A stretch of 64,000 bases of DNA, from positions 25,283,175-25,347,174 of the forward strand of contig NC_092677.1 in the NCBI RefSeq assembly GCF_964355755.1. The letters are read 5' to 3'. The notes below the pieces were generated by a model that did not search any database, was not told the DNA's origin, and saw only the letters and a list, made by a program, of their open reading frames with translations. The first letter of the stretch is position 1, and each line of letters begins with the position of its first letter. Below, in pieces: positions 37,597 through 51,000 of this stretch. The translations under genes and the position numbers were made by a program. This stretch comes from Antedon mediterranea. Taxonomy: Eukaryota > Animalia > Echinodermata.

Positions 37597-40500
37597 AGGT
37601 AGTTCAGAATCTTGATATTATTACTGTTTATTTCACGTTACATATTACAACATTGAGGTCGCGGTTTTAACCAAACATAATACTATTTTATTAATTTCTT
37701 TTAAAATGTTGTTTTACATTTTAAATTAATCAAACCGAAGGTTATTTAAAAGATTATATTCCTATGAACAATGGTCGAAATTAGAAGGAGAGACATCTGT
37801 TAACCAAGTAAGCACTTATACGTCACTCATGATGTGTAGGCTACACACTAAAGCTTGGTCCCCACTAGGAGGCACAGCGCAAGGACGTAAGCGCGACCAA
37901 TCACAAGCGACAGTTAAGCGTGGTTCCCATTGAGCGTGGTTCCCACTAGAACGCAACGCAGCAAACGTATCGACGCGAAGTGCTGTATTGCGTAATTACA
38001 AGTGGGAACCGACGACACAACAGTGCTGCAAACATCGCAGGTTTGATTTCACGCAGGCGGGGGCAAACACAATTATTGTAAGGGCATTTTCTTACGTTGC
38101 GCAAGTCGCATTACGTTGCGTCGGTAGTGGCAACCAAGCTTTAATGGTCTATGCGCCATTCGTTCCGGGTTTGGTGGATTTTGTGGGGAGATGCGGAGAT
38201 GTTTATTTCACTCTATTGATCTTCTATATAATATAACCTTTCGCTACACGTACGTAAAAATTAAAACTTTTTTCCATAGCCAATTAATGAGGCTAGTTAT
38301 TACCAAAGTTAATTCGATGTAATATTACGATCATAATTAAATCCTTGACCTCCTTTGGTTTAAACTATGAATTAAATTTTTACCTTATAGGTTCGTTTAG
38401 CTGTTACTGCCGAGCATATTAATTGAAATTGATAGTGTAACCTGTCCCTTCGCAGTGTAATCTAACCTAGCCAATCTTTGAAATTATTAATGTAAGGCTA
38501 GCCCCGAGCGCGGTTCTCAAAGTAAGCAGTTGGCCTACGCCGCTGGACTTTATCCCTGAAGGCAACAGATTGATGATAATAGTGGTATCGACAAGGTATC
38601 TACTGCCAGGTTCATTATCATTGCTTGCCATCAATGCTTAAAGCCTTGTCTACACTATCAAACTTTATGTGACAAAAAAATGTGATGTGCCTATATATGG
38701 ACATGATGATATCATATCACTACCATATTTGGGCATATCACTACCATATTTGGGTACATCGCACTTTTTTTGTCAAACTAGTTAGTTTAGACAGAGCCTA
38801 ACGTTGTTTCCACACACATGCAACGTTAGACGTACGCGCAAACCCAATTTAACCAATCACAAGCAACAGTTCGATGAATCGTCGATCGTTTGTGATTAGA
38901 TAAATTACGTTGCGTCCAATGGTAACTAATGCTTGGAGACGTAAAAGAAGAACGTAACGCAACGTATAAGTGATTTGACCAATCACAAGCAATGGATTAT
39001 TCAAACTGTCGCTTGTCATTAGTCAACTTTCTTGCGCTTCGTGTACGTCCTAGCGTTGCATCCTCTAGTGGTAACCAAGCTTAAGCTCAGATACTATTTT
39101 AAGCAATGTCAGAAAGTATACGATTTAGAAGAAGAGCGACATGTCAATATTCTACCATTTAGCCTTAGGTTTTTCAAAAGTACGTTCTTTTTAAATGTGT
39201 ATTTTCCTGTGTTTAAATGATGAATGAATCTCATGATTATAGCATGCATTATTTTAATAGCAGCGATAGTATTTTCTAAATCAACCTGTTGTATGATTAT
39301 TGTAGTAATGATGCTATTCAATTATCACACCGCATCTTCTTCGAAATCTATACAATTATTCATTTCTCAATCTAGCTAGACCGGACAAGATATCTAAATC
39401 GCAGATGTTTCAGATTATGTTTAACCAATACATCGTTTATAAAGATTAATTATCGGGCATTTATCAAATTATTTACGTAACGCGTGAAGGCGTTGGCGGA
39501 CAAAATAAAACGATGTTGTTAAGAATCTACTGTGTATCTATCTCAAACGATTTATTTTATCAATCAGACGTATTGTCAAAAGAACTCGATAATTGATGCG
39601 TTTAAACGGCTTTTATTATTAACCGATATACTTTGCGTTAATCTGATTGGCTGTTAAATAGTGCGTGGAAAAGACGCTCTTGTTTTGTAATATCTGCCGC
39701 CTTTTGTTTTCTTTTACATATTTATGAATAGTACTGTATAATTTTCTGCCTGGAATTATTGTTCATTCCTGATGATGATGATGATGATCAAATCAAGATC
39801 AAAACGTTGAATCATGACTTGCCTCTCGTTATTTGGAGTCAGTTTTATACTAGGCCTATGGTTAGTTTACGGTGTGATATGTGTCACAGGGTTTTAATGA
39901 CAGAAATAAATACTGTCTAAAAAAAGCTAGGCCTGGCTATAAGCATTTTATCACACTCACACTCCAAAGGTATCTAGTCGGCAGAACCCATATCGTCAAG
40001 CACGCGGATTGTAATTGATTGATTGATTTGGATGAAACTCCCCTTGCCTCTATGGTTTAATATTGTACGGTGTGTTATGCCTCAGGGTTTAAATGACAGA
40101 AATAAATACTTTCTAAAAAAAGCTAGGCCTATAGCTACAAGCATTTTATGACACGTTCTAAAGAACCAAATCGTCAAGAACGCGGATTGTAATTTGAAAG
40201 AAACTTCCCTTGCCTCTAGAGAAGTAATCATCGTGTCTAATTGATTTAGCTTAGTTCTTAAGTTATGGATTATTATATATAACATCCTAGCATTACAATT
40301 CGCATAGTGTCAACAACGATGCCGTAGGATAATGACTTAGCCAGTTACGCACTTACTTGAATGTTAGTCTTTCAACGCAATTGTATACTTATTCATGTTA
40401 CGAGTTTCTTCTCTACAAATAAATTATTATTATTGATCGTTAATTATCGTTAAATTCCAATATTATTTAATTTAACAACATTTATACAGGATTACACAAT

Positions 40501-41528
40501 CAATCAATATCAATACAAACAAATCAGGAAAAAAATGTTTAGTTTTGTATGAAAAAAATGAGATTGATATCCAGATTTGAATGAAGTAATTTTGGGGAAT
40601 ATTTAATTTCAGTTGGTAGGTTATTCCGTATTTTAGAGCCTGCTTTGAATATTATGACCTGCTTAGCCTTTGGCTACAATGCAAATATGGTCAAATTGGC
40701 TGCCAGCCAATGGGTTTTTGGTTGAATTTAACCATTTATTATGTTATTTTATAAGTGAAAACATAATTTTTGGGGGTTTTTCTACAGAAGTGATTAACTT
40801 TATTAAAACTAAAAAATAACCTAATCAAAGTTTGTTTTAATTAAGCTTCATTTTAATACATCTTATTATTGGTCACTACCAGTAGCACCTTATACAACAG
40901 TTGGCGGGTATCACACGTGTTATAGAAATAACTGCTCACACAAATTGATTATCTATTCAACTGAAATCTTCTTTATAGAGTAACGATGGCCAGAAGAATA
41001 AAACTTGCCATGTCATTACCTCGTAAGGTTGATTAAAACACCTGTGTTCTTTTCAATCAATTCGAGCTAGTTTTTTTATTTTCACTAAATTTATCAACTT
41101 ATTATAAATAACATATTTGCCTAAAGGCATTTTACAATAAAAATTTATGACGATTGAAAAAAAAGTAGGTCTAACAATTAGAATTTAATGTAAAGGAATA
41201 CACATCACACCTAACACAATGGTAAACAAAATCAAAGGGAGTGATAACAATAACTTCAACAGCCAAAAATAATCTACTTTCCACATTGGTGGCGCTATTG
41301 AATTAGAAAATTTAAATATCAAAACAAACATATTTTAAAATAGTATACAAAATAAAACACTTTAAAACTCTAAATGTATAAAATATAATCTAAATATTTA
41401 TTTTATAATATTTTAGTTGTTAAATCAAAAATTAAAACTTAAAAATAAAAATAAAGAGTAATTTTGACACTTATTTTGTACGAAATGAATTGTCCATTAT
41501 ATACCAACCAGCAGCAATCATCAGGTAT

Positions 41529-41559
<31 letters not shown>

Positions 41560-43073
41560 GTCCGGGTGACTCCGGGTTCCACAGTCTAATTCTGTGAGAA
41601 ATTTTTCTATGGGGAAAGGTTGCCCTCGGTGTGACTTGCCTACTTTCGCGAGATGCCCGGGTCGAGTGATCTACCCCTCACCAAAAACTAAAATAAACAA
41701 ATAGTAGAACTACAATTAAACCATTTCAGAGACCGGTTCTGCCGCGTGAATAATGTTGGAATGGTGTGTTACAATAATTACATCGATCTCTATTAATGAT
41801 CACACTTCCCCCAGCGTATATTTAGTACAACATTAGAGATGAGTGACCTATTCACATATAATTGTCATACAAGATGATTTATGAATCAAACCAATTATCC
41901 ATTTTGTGTGAAGTGCTGGTATTCAATTGACATTATAATGACACAGAATAGAATGATGTGTTGATCGATCATGTTTTTATTTTGAGAAACAATATATATC
42001 TTCATTATCATCAATGTGTACGTACTGTTACAGTACTTGGTTCACACTAGGACGTAAACGCAATGACAAAGCGATTGAGTGTACATTGTGATTATGCTAG
42101 TTGCTCTCTTTTTCTGGGTTCTTCCTACTAGAACGCAGCGACGTATTGACGCAAAGTACTATATTGTGGGAACCGACGACGCAATAGTGCTGCAAACATC
42201 GCAGTTTGATTGCACGCAGGCGGGGGCAAACACAGTTATTGGAAGGGCATTTTCTTACGTTGCGTCGCTAGTGGAAACCAAGCTTTATGGGTATATTATT
42301 ATTTATTTGTATGTGTAGGTATCTAATTTCGTTGTAATGTGTATACTAATTTTCATTTAACTGCTAATACGCACGCGCGTACACACATCGTACAGCTATG
42401 TTGCGATTTTATTAATACTAACAGTAACCCGTTTCTTTTTCTGCCTTAATATGTTGTTATATACTACATGGGCAAGTATAATAACAGCGCACTTAATAAT
42501 CAGATAATTAAATTATCAAAATAAAAACAAATTGTATCCGCGAATAAAATTCGGAACCACTGTATTTATATTACGGCCATTGGTTTGTTATACACTATTC
42601 CTTCACTTCAATATATGTAGGCTAAAAATTAAAGCAATAGTACAGTGGATATGGAAATTTGACTTTACTTTTGAAATAAAAGACGCTAAAGAAAAATTGT
42701 GCTGTGTAAATTAGATGATGCGCGCAAACACATAACGAAAGTATAAAAATGCCAAACTATATTATTTTGTTGGTGTTTTTCGTGGTGTATTAATTATTTG
42801 ATACGTATAGAGATAAAAAAAAAAGTGGACAAAAATCGAATGAAAAACACATCGCTGCGGAAACACGAATTAAGTTTATTCATTTACATTTTATTTTTAT
42901 TTCACTGGTTTTGATATTTTGCAATTTTTTTGTATGGGAGATTTGTTACGTACTTGCTACTTTTGTAATTAAAGTGTGGTCTACCAGAAACCCGTGCTCC
43001 GCACCGTGTGTCTACCTTAATAATAATTCACATGGCATGATTATTAAGTATAATAAAAGCGTACTTTTCCCGG

Positions 43074-43400
43074 CCACGATATTTCTTTTCGTACATAAGT
43101 TGGGGACCCCTCATGAGACGTCACAAAATATGAATGAATATTCATTAATCATGTCCATAAGCTACGTTATAAATGAGCGAACAATTTGCTAATACTGTAC
43201 AAAGGTTTTCTGTCGAGCCGTCTGTGTAGTCGAGTGGATTAGGCTAGGGATGTCGATGTATGGGGTTCGAATCCGATGAGCAAGTTCTTTTTACTTTATA
43301 GTGAGAGAGATTATTTAGAGTGTTAGGTTAACTATATTTATAGGAACTTAACTATATTTCACATAAGGGGCCCCAACTTCTGTACGAAATAAAAAATCGC
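43074..43400. mobile_element. MITE with ~35-bp TIRs enclosing a tRNA-like A/B-box segment; copies at ~54146-54450 and partial ~59520-59595
   Basis: CGATATTTCTTTTCGTACATAAGTTGGGGACCCC is inverted as GGGGCCCCAACTTCTGTACGAAATAAAAAATCG. Internal TAGTCGAGTGG ... GGTTCGAATCC. Confidence 0.75.
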
Positions 43401-43786
43401 TTACCAGTCCCTGTCAACAATACAATTCGGAACTACTTACGGCCATAGATTTTGTTATACACGGAGTATTCCTTTACTTTGAAATATCTGTAAGCTACAA
43501 AATGAAAGTTGTACTGGATTTGGGGTGCGCCTCAGAAAGTGACAACGTGCATGAGCGAGACAGACTTCTGTCAATCAGTTGGCAGTGATTAAAACATTTT
43601 AATGATAAAATATGAATTGGTAAGTTATCGATTTAAGATGTGAAGTATTGGAATAATAAAAATGATTACGGACTCAACACAAAAAGTAGTCGAAATTAGA
43701 TGACACGCTCAGACACAAACATTTTGGGTGTATTTTTCGTTGATATTTGATATGCAGAAACACGACACTCATTTGGATTCGTTTTA

Positions 43787-43788
<2 letters not shown>

Positions 43789-43826
<38 letters not shown>
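43789..43826. repeat. (GT)n microsatellite
   Basis: Uninterrupted GT run. Confidence 0.95.
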
Positions 43827-43830
<4 letters not shown>

Positions 43831-44049
43831 AATTTACATTTTTGTTTATTTCATGGTTTTTTATATTCCCCTCAACCAACAACCTCCCATAAAATGCTCA
43901 AAATGAAACAATGACACAAAACTATACACCCAAAACGTTATTTATTATTTATTTTGTGGAAACACGACACCTAGGCTAGTTGGGCTAGTTTTATAATTAC
44001 ATTGTGGTTTAGTTTTGACTTTAGCTTAAACGGTGATACTATTATTACA

Positions 44050-44120
44050 CATGTCGCGGATTGAACTCGAACCTACTAAGCATTGATATCAATGGTCACG
44101 CCGATTTGCTCACTGAGCCA
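44050..44120 (-). other. tRNA-derived SINE-like head (degenerate)
   Basis: The reverse strand reads TGGCTCAGTGAG (A box) ... GAGTTCAATCC (B box). No complete cloverleaf is visible. Confidence 0.45.
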
Positions 44121-45259
44121 AACCGTGATTTACAAAATACATTAAGTTCCAAGAATAGGTGTAATTAATTAAAACTTCAACAGCGCGATCATTCGATACA
44201 CGGTTGACTGTATATTTAGCGGCCCAGCATGGTATTTGTAGATTCTGCCATGGCGGTACAAAACAGAGGAGGTTGCGTAGTTTATACAGTGACGTAACAT
44301 GGTCGCTGAGACGTCAAATTACTGTTATTTTTTCTTTTGTTAGTGTTTATCCTTAAAATTCAGGAAAGTGACATAGCCTATCGTGTGCGGCCCCTCAATA
44401 AACTTCAGTGTGCCAAATGTGAGCACGTATCTTTCAGTGGTTTTGGAGAAGATACGTAAAATTACGCGAAAAATTTAGAAGCATTAATAATTATATAGAT
44501 ATTTCTGGTTCGTTTTCAGATCTTCATAATATTATCAAGAATAAGACGTGACTTTCCACCAATGACAAGTACGTTGATGATGGAGTGAATGCCCGGATGA
44601 AAGTCTGCTGCCCTCAAGTAACAGAAACTGATTGGATTATGGACGTTTATTGTTACCTGTAACCCAAGTACGTCACATTCTACGACCACGTGTACTTTTT
44701 AAATAACGATCGATGTTGTACACATTTGCCAAATAAACAAAAAACATCACGTTTTTTTTTTCACGTGCGATAGAATATTGACACTTTTAAATAGCCCGAG
44801 CTCCGCCTTAAATACAGGTGAAAATCATTGTCTGTTATATTTGAGAACGAAAATCGTAAATTTTGTTTTTAAATAATGCCTTACTAACAATATATCTTCT
44901 CTGTTTTTTGACAAAAATTACGACTTCATTAATCTGACATTTTCTATTACCGGTACTTCGTTGCTAAATTTAAATTGATATTTTCTATATTATTTACGGT
45001 GATGCTCACAAAACGAAACTAAACTAAGCGAGAAAGTTACTAATAAAATATCTGATTATTAAATGGTTGCTATAGTGATAAACGCGACGCACATACATTT
45101 GAACATTATCTGGTTGTCTATTGGTTGATACAACGTACTCGTGACGAACGAAGCGTGACGACATTTATGTTACAAAATCTGCGACAAACCACCGCTTGTC
45201 ATTCCTCAATCAGTAAGAAGTTGTAGGCCAAGGCGACAACAAATAGACTCAAACCAACC

Positions 45260-46348
45260 ATGGAATTTTCGTACTCCGATGATAGCGGGAACGGCTCGAT
45301 GGGTTACGATTTTTCTGACGACGACAATAAAGATTATTTCATAGAAATTATAACTTTACTTATCGAATTAATTGGTGTAATTGGAAATTCATTGGTGATT
45401 TTTATTATACTGTATTACAAGAAAATGCACAACGTTCCGAATTACTTGATTTTGAGTGTTGCGATAGGCGATTTACTGGTGTTAATGTTTTCGATGCCGT
45501 TCACAATTATGAGTTTGGGATTCGATAACGCGAGTGGTAACGAAGTCGGATGTAAGCTCACCAATTTTGTCTTAATCCTGTCACAAGGTGTATCAGCGTT
45601 ATCGTTCACGGCTTTGAGTGCGGATCGGTATTTTGCAATCAACATGGCCGTCGCGCCGATGCGTGACTACGCGAAGCGCGTTACGTACTTTTCAATCATC
45701 GTAAGTTGGACTACTTCTATTTGTTTCGCTTTACCAGTACTGTGGTTTTCTAGGGTGTTCCAAATCCCGTATACAAATCAGTTATTCTGTTCGTTTCAAC
45801 CTCAGGTAAAATGGCAACACGCTACGCTCGTGTATCAGACATGCAGGTTCGTATTTCTATACGCCTTACCTGTAATTATCATATCTATTCTATACACCTT
45901 GGTTGCAATGGAGTTGTTTCGTAGTATCAGAGAGATGCCGACGGAAGCGACAAAGGCAACTTCAAAATCAACATCGTCAAAAAATCAAGCGCAGGCCAGA
46001 AAACGGCTGGCAATCACCGTTCTCGTCCTGGCTGTCATGTACACGATCTGCTGGCTACCGTATATGTTCAAGGAAGTTGCCGTGGAGTTATTTCCCACAA
46101 TAATAAACTTCAAAGCAGGCTATAAAAACGTTTCCTTTATTATGTTATATCTGAGTAGCTGTATCAACCCGATAGCTCTGGTTGCGATGAGTAGAAATTA
46201 CCGCAAGTATTTTTTATGGTTGCTTTTTTGCGGAAAGGTTCGAGAGAAGGTAAAAAAACCGACGTCGTACACCGGTATGTACAACAGCGTAACGACAAAG
46301 CCAATTGTGGTTAATAACTGCGCAGAAACGGTGTTCGATGAACCGTAA
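45260..46348 (+). CDS. Class A peptide GPCR, bombesin/GRP/endothelin/CCHamide receptor family-like; uninterrupted CDS
   Basis: 362-aa ORF with 7 TM segments: GN in TM1, HNVPNYLILSVAIGDLL, GCKL, SADRY, ARKRLAITVLV..CWLP and SCINPIAL. NPxAL in place of NPxxY is characteristic of this receptor group. Confidence 0.92.
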   Translation: MEFSYSDDSGNGSMGYDFSDDDNKDYFIEIITLLIELIGVIGNSLVIFIILYYKKMHNVPNYLILSVAIGDLLVLMFSMPFTIMSLGFDNASGNEVGCKLTNFVLILSQGVSALSFTALSADRYFAINMAVAPMRDYAKRVTYFSIIVSWTTSICFALPVLWFSRVFQIPYTNQLFCSFQPQVKWQHATLVYQTCRFVFLYALPVIIISILYTLVAMELFRSIREMPTEATKATSKSTSSKNQAQARKRLAITVLVLAVMYTICWLPYMFKEVAVELFPTIINFKAGYKNVSFIMLYLSSCINPIALVAMSRNYRKYFLWLLFCGKVREKVKKPTSYTGMYNSVTTKPIVVNNCAETVFDEP

Positions 46349-46999
46349 CGGAACGTGCACTCTTATAATACGCAACTGTGTTAAAACGAGGTGATACGTA
46401 ATGGGCCATTTAACGTGTATCATAAGTTCCGCACGACCGATGACATTACGAGACGCACGTACGCTTGTTCAATGAATGCCGACACCTTGAGACGGACAAA
46501 ATATGGGACAAAATGGATGAATGATTAGGCGATAATGTTATCATTTGGTTGTTGTTTCGGCCTAAATGACATATTTCAATGATATTTACTAAATTAACTG
46601 TTAACTTAATGTATGTTTCGTGTATTGTATGGATTGTGAATTACTCAACTTTAACCTTAAGCGACGTATCGACACAAAGTGCTGTAAATTTCGTAATCAC
46701 AAGTGGGAACCGACGACGCAACATTGCTGCAAACATGGCAGGTTTGATTTTACGCAGACGGGGGAAAACACAATTATTGGAAGGGCATTTTCTTACGTAG
46801 CGTAGGTTGCGTTACGTTGCGTATCTAGTGGGAACCAAGCTTAACAATGCATACTGTTAAAACGACAATACTCGAGAACACGCCATAACGAAAATAAAAA
46901 TGCAAAACAAGAACAGCTGTACATCTCCCGATTCATGGCTCGAAGCGTTTCGTATATTTCACCCGAAAGACACCAGCTGGACATCTCTGTACCAATGGA

Positions 47000-47159
47000 C
47001 AGTAACGTCGTAGAGGCCTGAGGCCCCTGACTTAGGTACCCCAAGTGGCCCTCCAACGCTGAATGCCTCGGGTGTTTTTAGCCCTTTTCGACATATTTTA
47101 ATGCCTGTTTTTTCCTCTGGACACTGCTCAGGAGCCAGTGAGCGCTCATTACGCCACTG
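47000..47159. mobile_element. Small hAT-like MITE with 8-bp TSD; related fragment at ~16190-16345
   Basis: Ends CAGTAACGT / TACGCCACTG. TSD CCAATGGA on both sides. Confidence 0.75.
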
Positions 47160-47754
47160 CCAATGGAGTATCGCGTAGCATACGACATACGGGTATTCAT
47201 GTTACGCTTGACTAAATACTTAATTAAGTGTGGTTCCTACTAGAACGTAACGCAACGTAACGCAGCGACTTATCGACGCAAAGTGCTGTATTGCGTAATC
47301 ACAAGTGGGAACCGACAACGCAATAGTGCTGCAAACATCGTAGGTTTGATTTCACGCAGGCGGGGGCAAACACAATTATTGGAAGGGTTTGTCCTTACGT
47401 TGCGTCGGTTGCGTTGCGTGGCGTCGCTAGTGGGAACCACGCTTTAGGCCTAGTGCTAGCTATGTTGTTTTAAAGTTACTCAAAGGTATAATTTTAAATA
47501 ATTAAACATTAAAACTAATAATCATTTATTTTCCTTTAAATAATGCGATACAAATGATGATTTGAGACATTATAAGACGGATGGACGAATGGACGTTTTT
47601 TAGGCCTACGGTTTGATACGACTGAAGAATTAGGCGACATGAAATTCCAAAAGCGATATGGGCAGAGTATGATAAACGCATTTGCGTCATTATTTGACGC
47701 AAACAAATACAACAAAATATTTAGATCTTTGTAGTAATATATAGGCCTAAATAT

Positions 47755-48000
47755 TGAAAATAATTTGAGAGATTGGAAATAATTTGAGAGATTGGAAATC
47801 ATTTGTTCGGAAATAATTTGAAACTAAAAGAATGGAAACAAATTGAGGGATTGGAAATAATGTTAGAGATTGAAAATAATTTGAGAGATTATAAATAATT
47901 TGAGAGATTGAAAATAATTTGAGAGATTGGAAATAATTTGAAAGATTGGAAATAATTCGAAAGATTGGAAATAATTTGAGAGATTGGAAATCATTTTTGA
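47755..48000. repeat. ~19-20-bp minisatellite GAGAGATTGGAAATAATTT
   Basis: About 10 units; explains the ORFs at 47536-48019. Confidence 0.85.
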
Positions 48001-51000
48001 TATGAAATCTTTGTCGCAAGTACCATCACGTAATACGCGATAAATCGACGTATTTGATTTGATAAAGATTGACAGATAATGACGTAATTATGACGACAAC
48101 GTTCAAACTGTACATTATTACCAATAATTACGGAAAACAATGTTTCTTTTATGAAATGAAATATTAGGTAATATTTATATTTCCTCCATAAATGTTTTTA
48201 AATACCGTACCTTCCAAGGCCTATTAAAAGCATTTGTATTAAAATGATTATTAAATGTACTACCTAGTTAATATTTGTTATTTTTGCATTAGATACTTGG
48301 ATTTACAGTACTGTATTTCTTCACGTAGAATAATAGTATGCAATAACGTAATACGCGCAACGCAAGTGACTCGACCAATCACAAGCGGTAACATAGCTTA
48401 TCCGTCATTTGTGATTGGTCAAAACGTATACGTTGCCCGTATACATAATTATAACAATCGTATTTTTCTTCCCATTAAGTATTATATTAATCTTTTACGT
48501 CTAGTCTAAATGACGTAATCAACCACATTGTCAAAATATCTCAATCTAACATTATTTTTACTGTATTGTTTTAAACTCAATGTAATCAATTGTAAATATC
48601 GGTAAAGCTTTTGCAATCAAAATAAAATATTACGGATTATTGAAACATGAGTTTTAATGTCATGTTTACTCTATACAGATTACATTGTATATCATACTAT
48701 AAATTTATATTTGTACACTAGTAACGTCATGTAAGAATGCAATGTGTTAGAGATATATCATGCCAAGCTTTTGTTTTAATATTTTTCTCAATTACATATT
48801 GATTGAATGTATCATAATAGCCGTGACGTGTACAATGAATACCATGCACAATGATCTGTAGTGTAGTTTCTTGATTAAACGTGGATTGGGAGTGAAATAA
48901 ATTTTAGAAAACGATAAAGTTTATTTATTATTGATATTCATTATTGAAGTTTGCGTTTTCGCAGTCAAATAATCCATGTCTACGGCGAGTGTATATAGGC
49001 CTACATGTACAGTAATGGGTCTGTTTTCATTATATTCGTGGGAATCGAATATTCCTGATTGATTAAGCTTGGTTCCCACTAGAACGTAGCGCAAGGACGT
49101 AAACGCAACGAAAGCGTGTTGACCAATGACAAGCGAAGTTATAGACAGTTAGCAATCACAAGCGAATAAGCCATCGCTTGTGATTGGTCAATTCACTTGC
49201 GTTGCGTTACGTCCTTGCGTTGCGTCGCTAGTGGGAACCACGCTTTACGCGATTTGCCGCGACAAAAACAGATGAAACTATGACCGGGAATTATAGTATG
49301 ATGTTGATGTTACTTTATATAATAATCTAGGCCTACATAAAATGCAGTAACTTACTGAACTGATACCCGCAACCGACGCATTGAATGTAGGTCTAAAGCT
49401 TGGTTCCCACTATAACGTAACGCAACGCAAGCGTTTTAACCAATGGCAAGCGAAGTTATAGACAGTTAGCAATCACAAGCGAATAAGCCATCGCTTGTGA
49501 TTGGTCAATTTACTTGCGTTGCGTTACGTCCTTGTGTTGCGTCGCTAGTGGATGGGAACCACGCTTAAATGCCAATTTACACAGACGAGCGGTAACGGTT
49601 AAAAAAAAACAGAATATTGTTATTCCTATTATTGACAGACAACGCGGAGCGGACGGGTGGTTCACGCTCAGGATAGATACAGATTATACGTGGGACACAA
49701 GCTACACGGTTTTCTGCTTACCGTTACCGCTCGTCTTTTTAAAATAATCTAGGCTTAAGCTTACTTGAAATACAGTAAATTACTGAAAACTGATATCCGT
49801 AACCGACGCATTGAATGTAAGTCTATATATTGATTGAATTACAGTATTACATAAATGTGCGTATGCCCTACTGACACGCCATTCATGCATTCTTCTTACG
49901 AGGAATTCATTTTAAACCAGCCTAATTACGCCTTATCGCAATGTATGCCTAATACATATACATGAAACTATCGTTCATAAGCAATCCATCAAGTGACGTA
50001 CAGTATATCACATCTATATAATTTATATACGACTTTACGAAGTTCTATCTACACTATCAAACTAGTGTAATTTGCCCAAATATGGTAGTGATATGCCCAA
50101 ACTTGGTAGCGATATGACATCATACTGTCCATATATGGGCATATCAATTTTTTTTAACATAAAGTTTGATAGTGTCGACAGAGCCTTACGCCTTATATCG
50201 CAATTTAGGCCTAATTCATGACATAATCGTCCATAAACAATACACGCGACGGAGTGACGTAGGCCTATATCACCTCTACAGAATTTATATACGACTTTAT
50301 TAGATCGAATTAGACATCGCTTCAATCCTCTAAGTTTCGTAACTTTATGTTGTTTTTTCATTATGAAGTAGAATTGTAAATTCATCTGGTGACATTTATA
50401 GATAAATTACGTGACGTCATGGTCCTAAACGAATGACACCGTAACGATAATCTTATTTGATATTTACATACAAATTACATTTAGACACATCAATAAATCA
50501 GCACATGTTTTGCGAAGGGCAGAAATGAATATAAAAAATAACATAGTTTAATTACCTGCATAACGTAAAAAACTTTCGGTCAATGACCCGTGACGTAACT
50601 ACGCACATTCTGTACTGGTCACCCGTATGAAGTTATGAAAAGTATCCATACCTTAAAAAGATGATGTAAAACAGTATGAATAAATTTGAACAAGGAGAAC
50701 CACAGAGGAAGTCTTACACCATGGTAGAACTATTACAACAATTGTTGTGGGGAGAGGGGTCAACAATAGTAGTGGGGAAGACGTATTTTGTACCCACTTT
50801 TTCCACACATTTAGCCTTACACTTAGTTACATGTTTAGCGTGTTTAAACCCTAAACGTGTTTATAGCTACATGTTGTTTCCTCCACTCGTTTAGCAGTCA
50901 ACATGTCACTATTATGTTCAGTTTCTCCACATGTTTAGGTACGTGTTTAGCGTTGCGTGCATACGATTTTACTGTGGCGGGAAAAAGCTCCACACATGAC

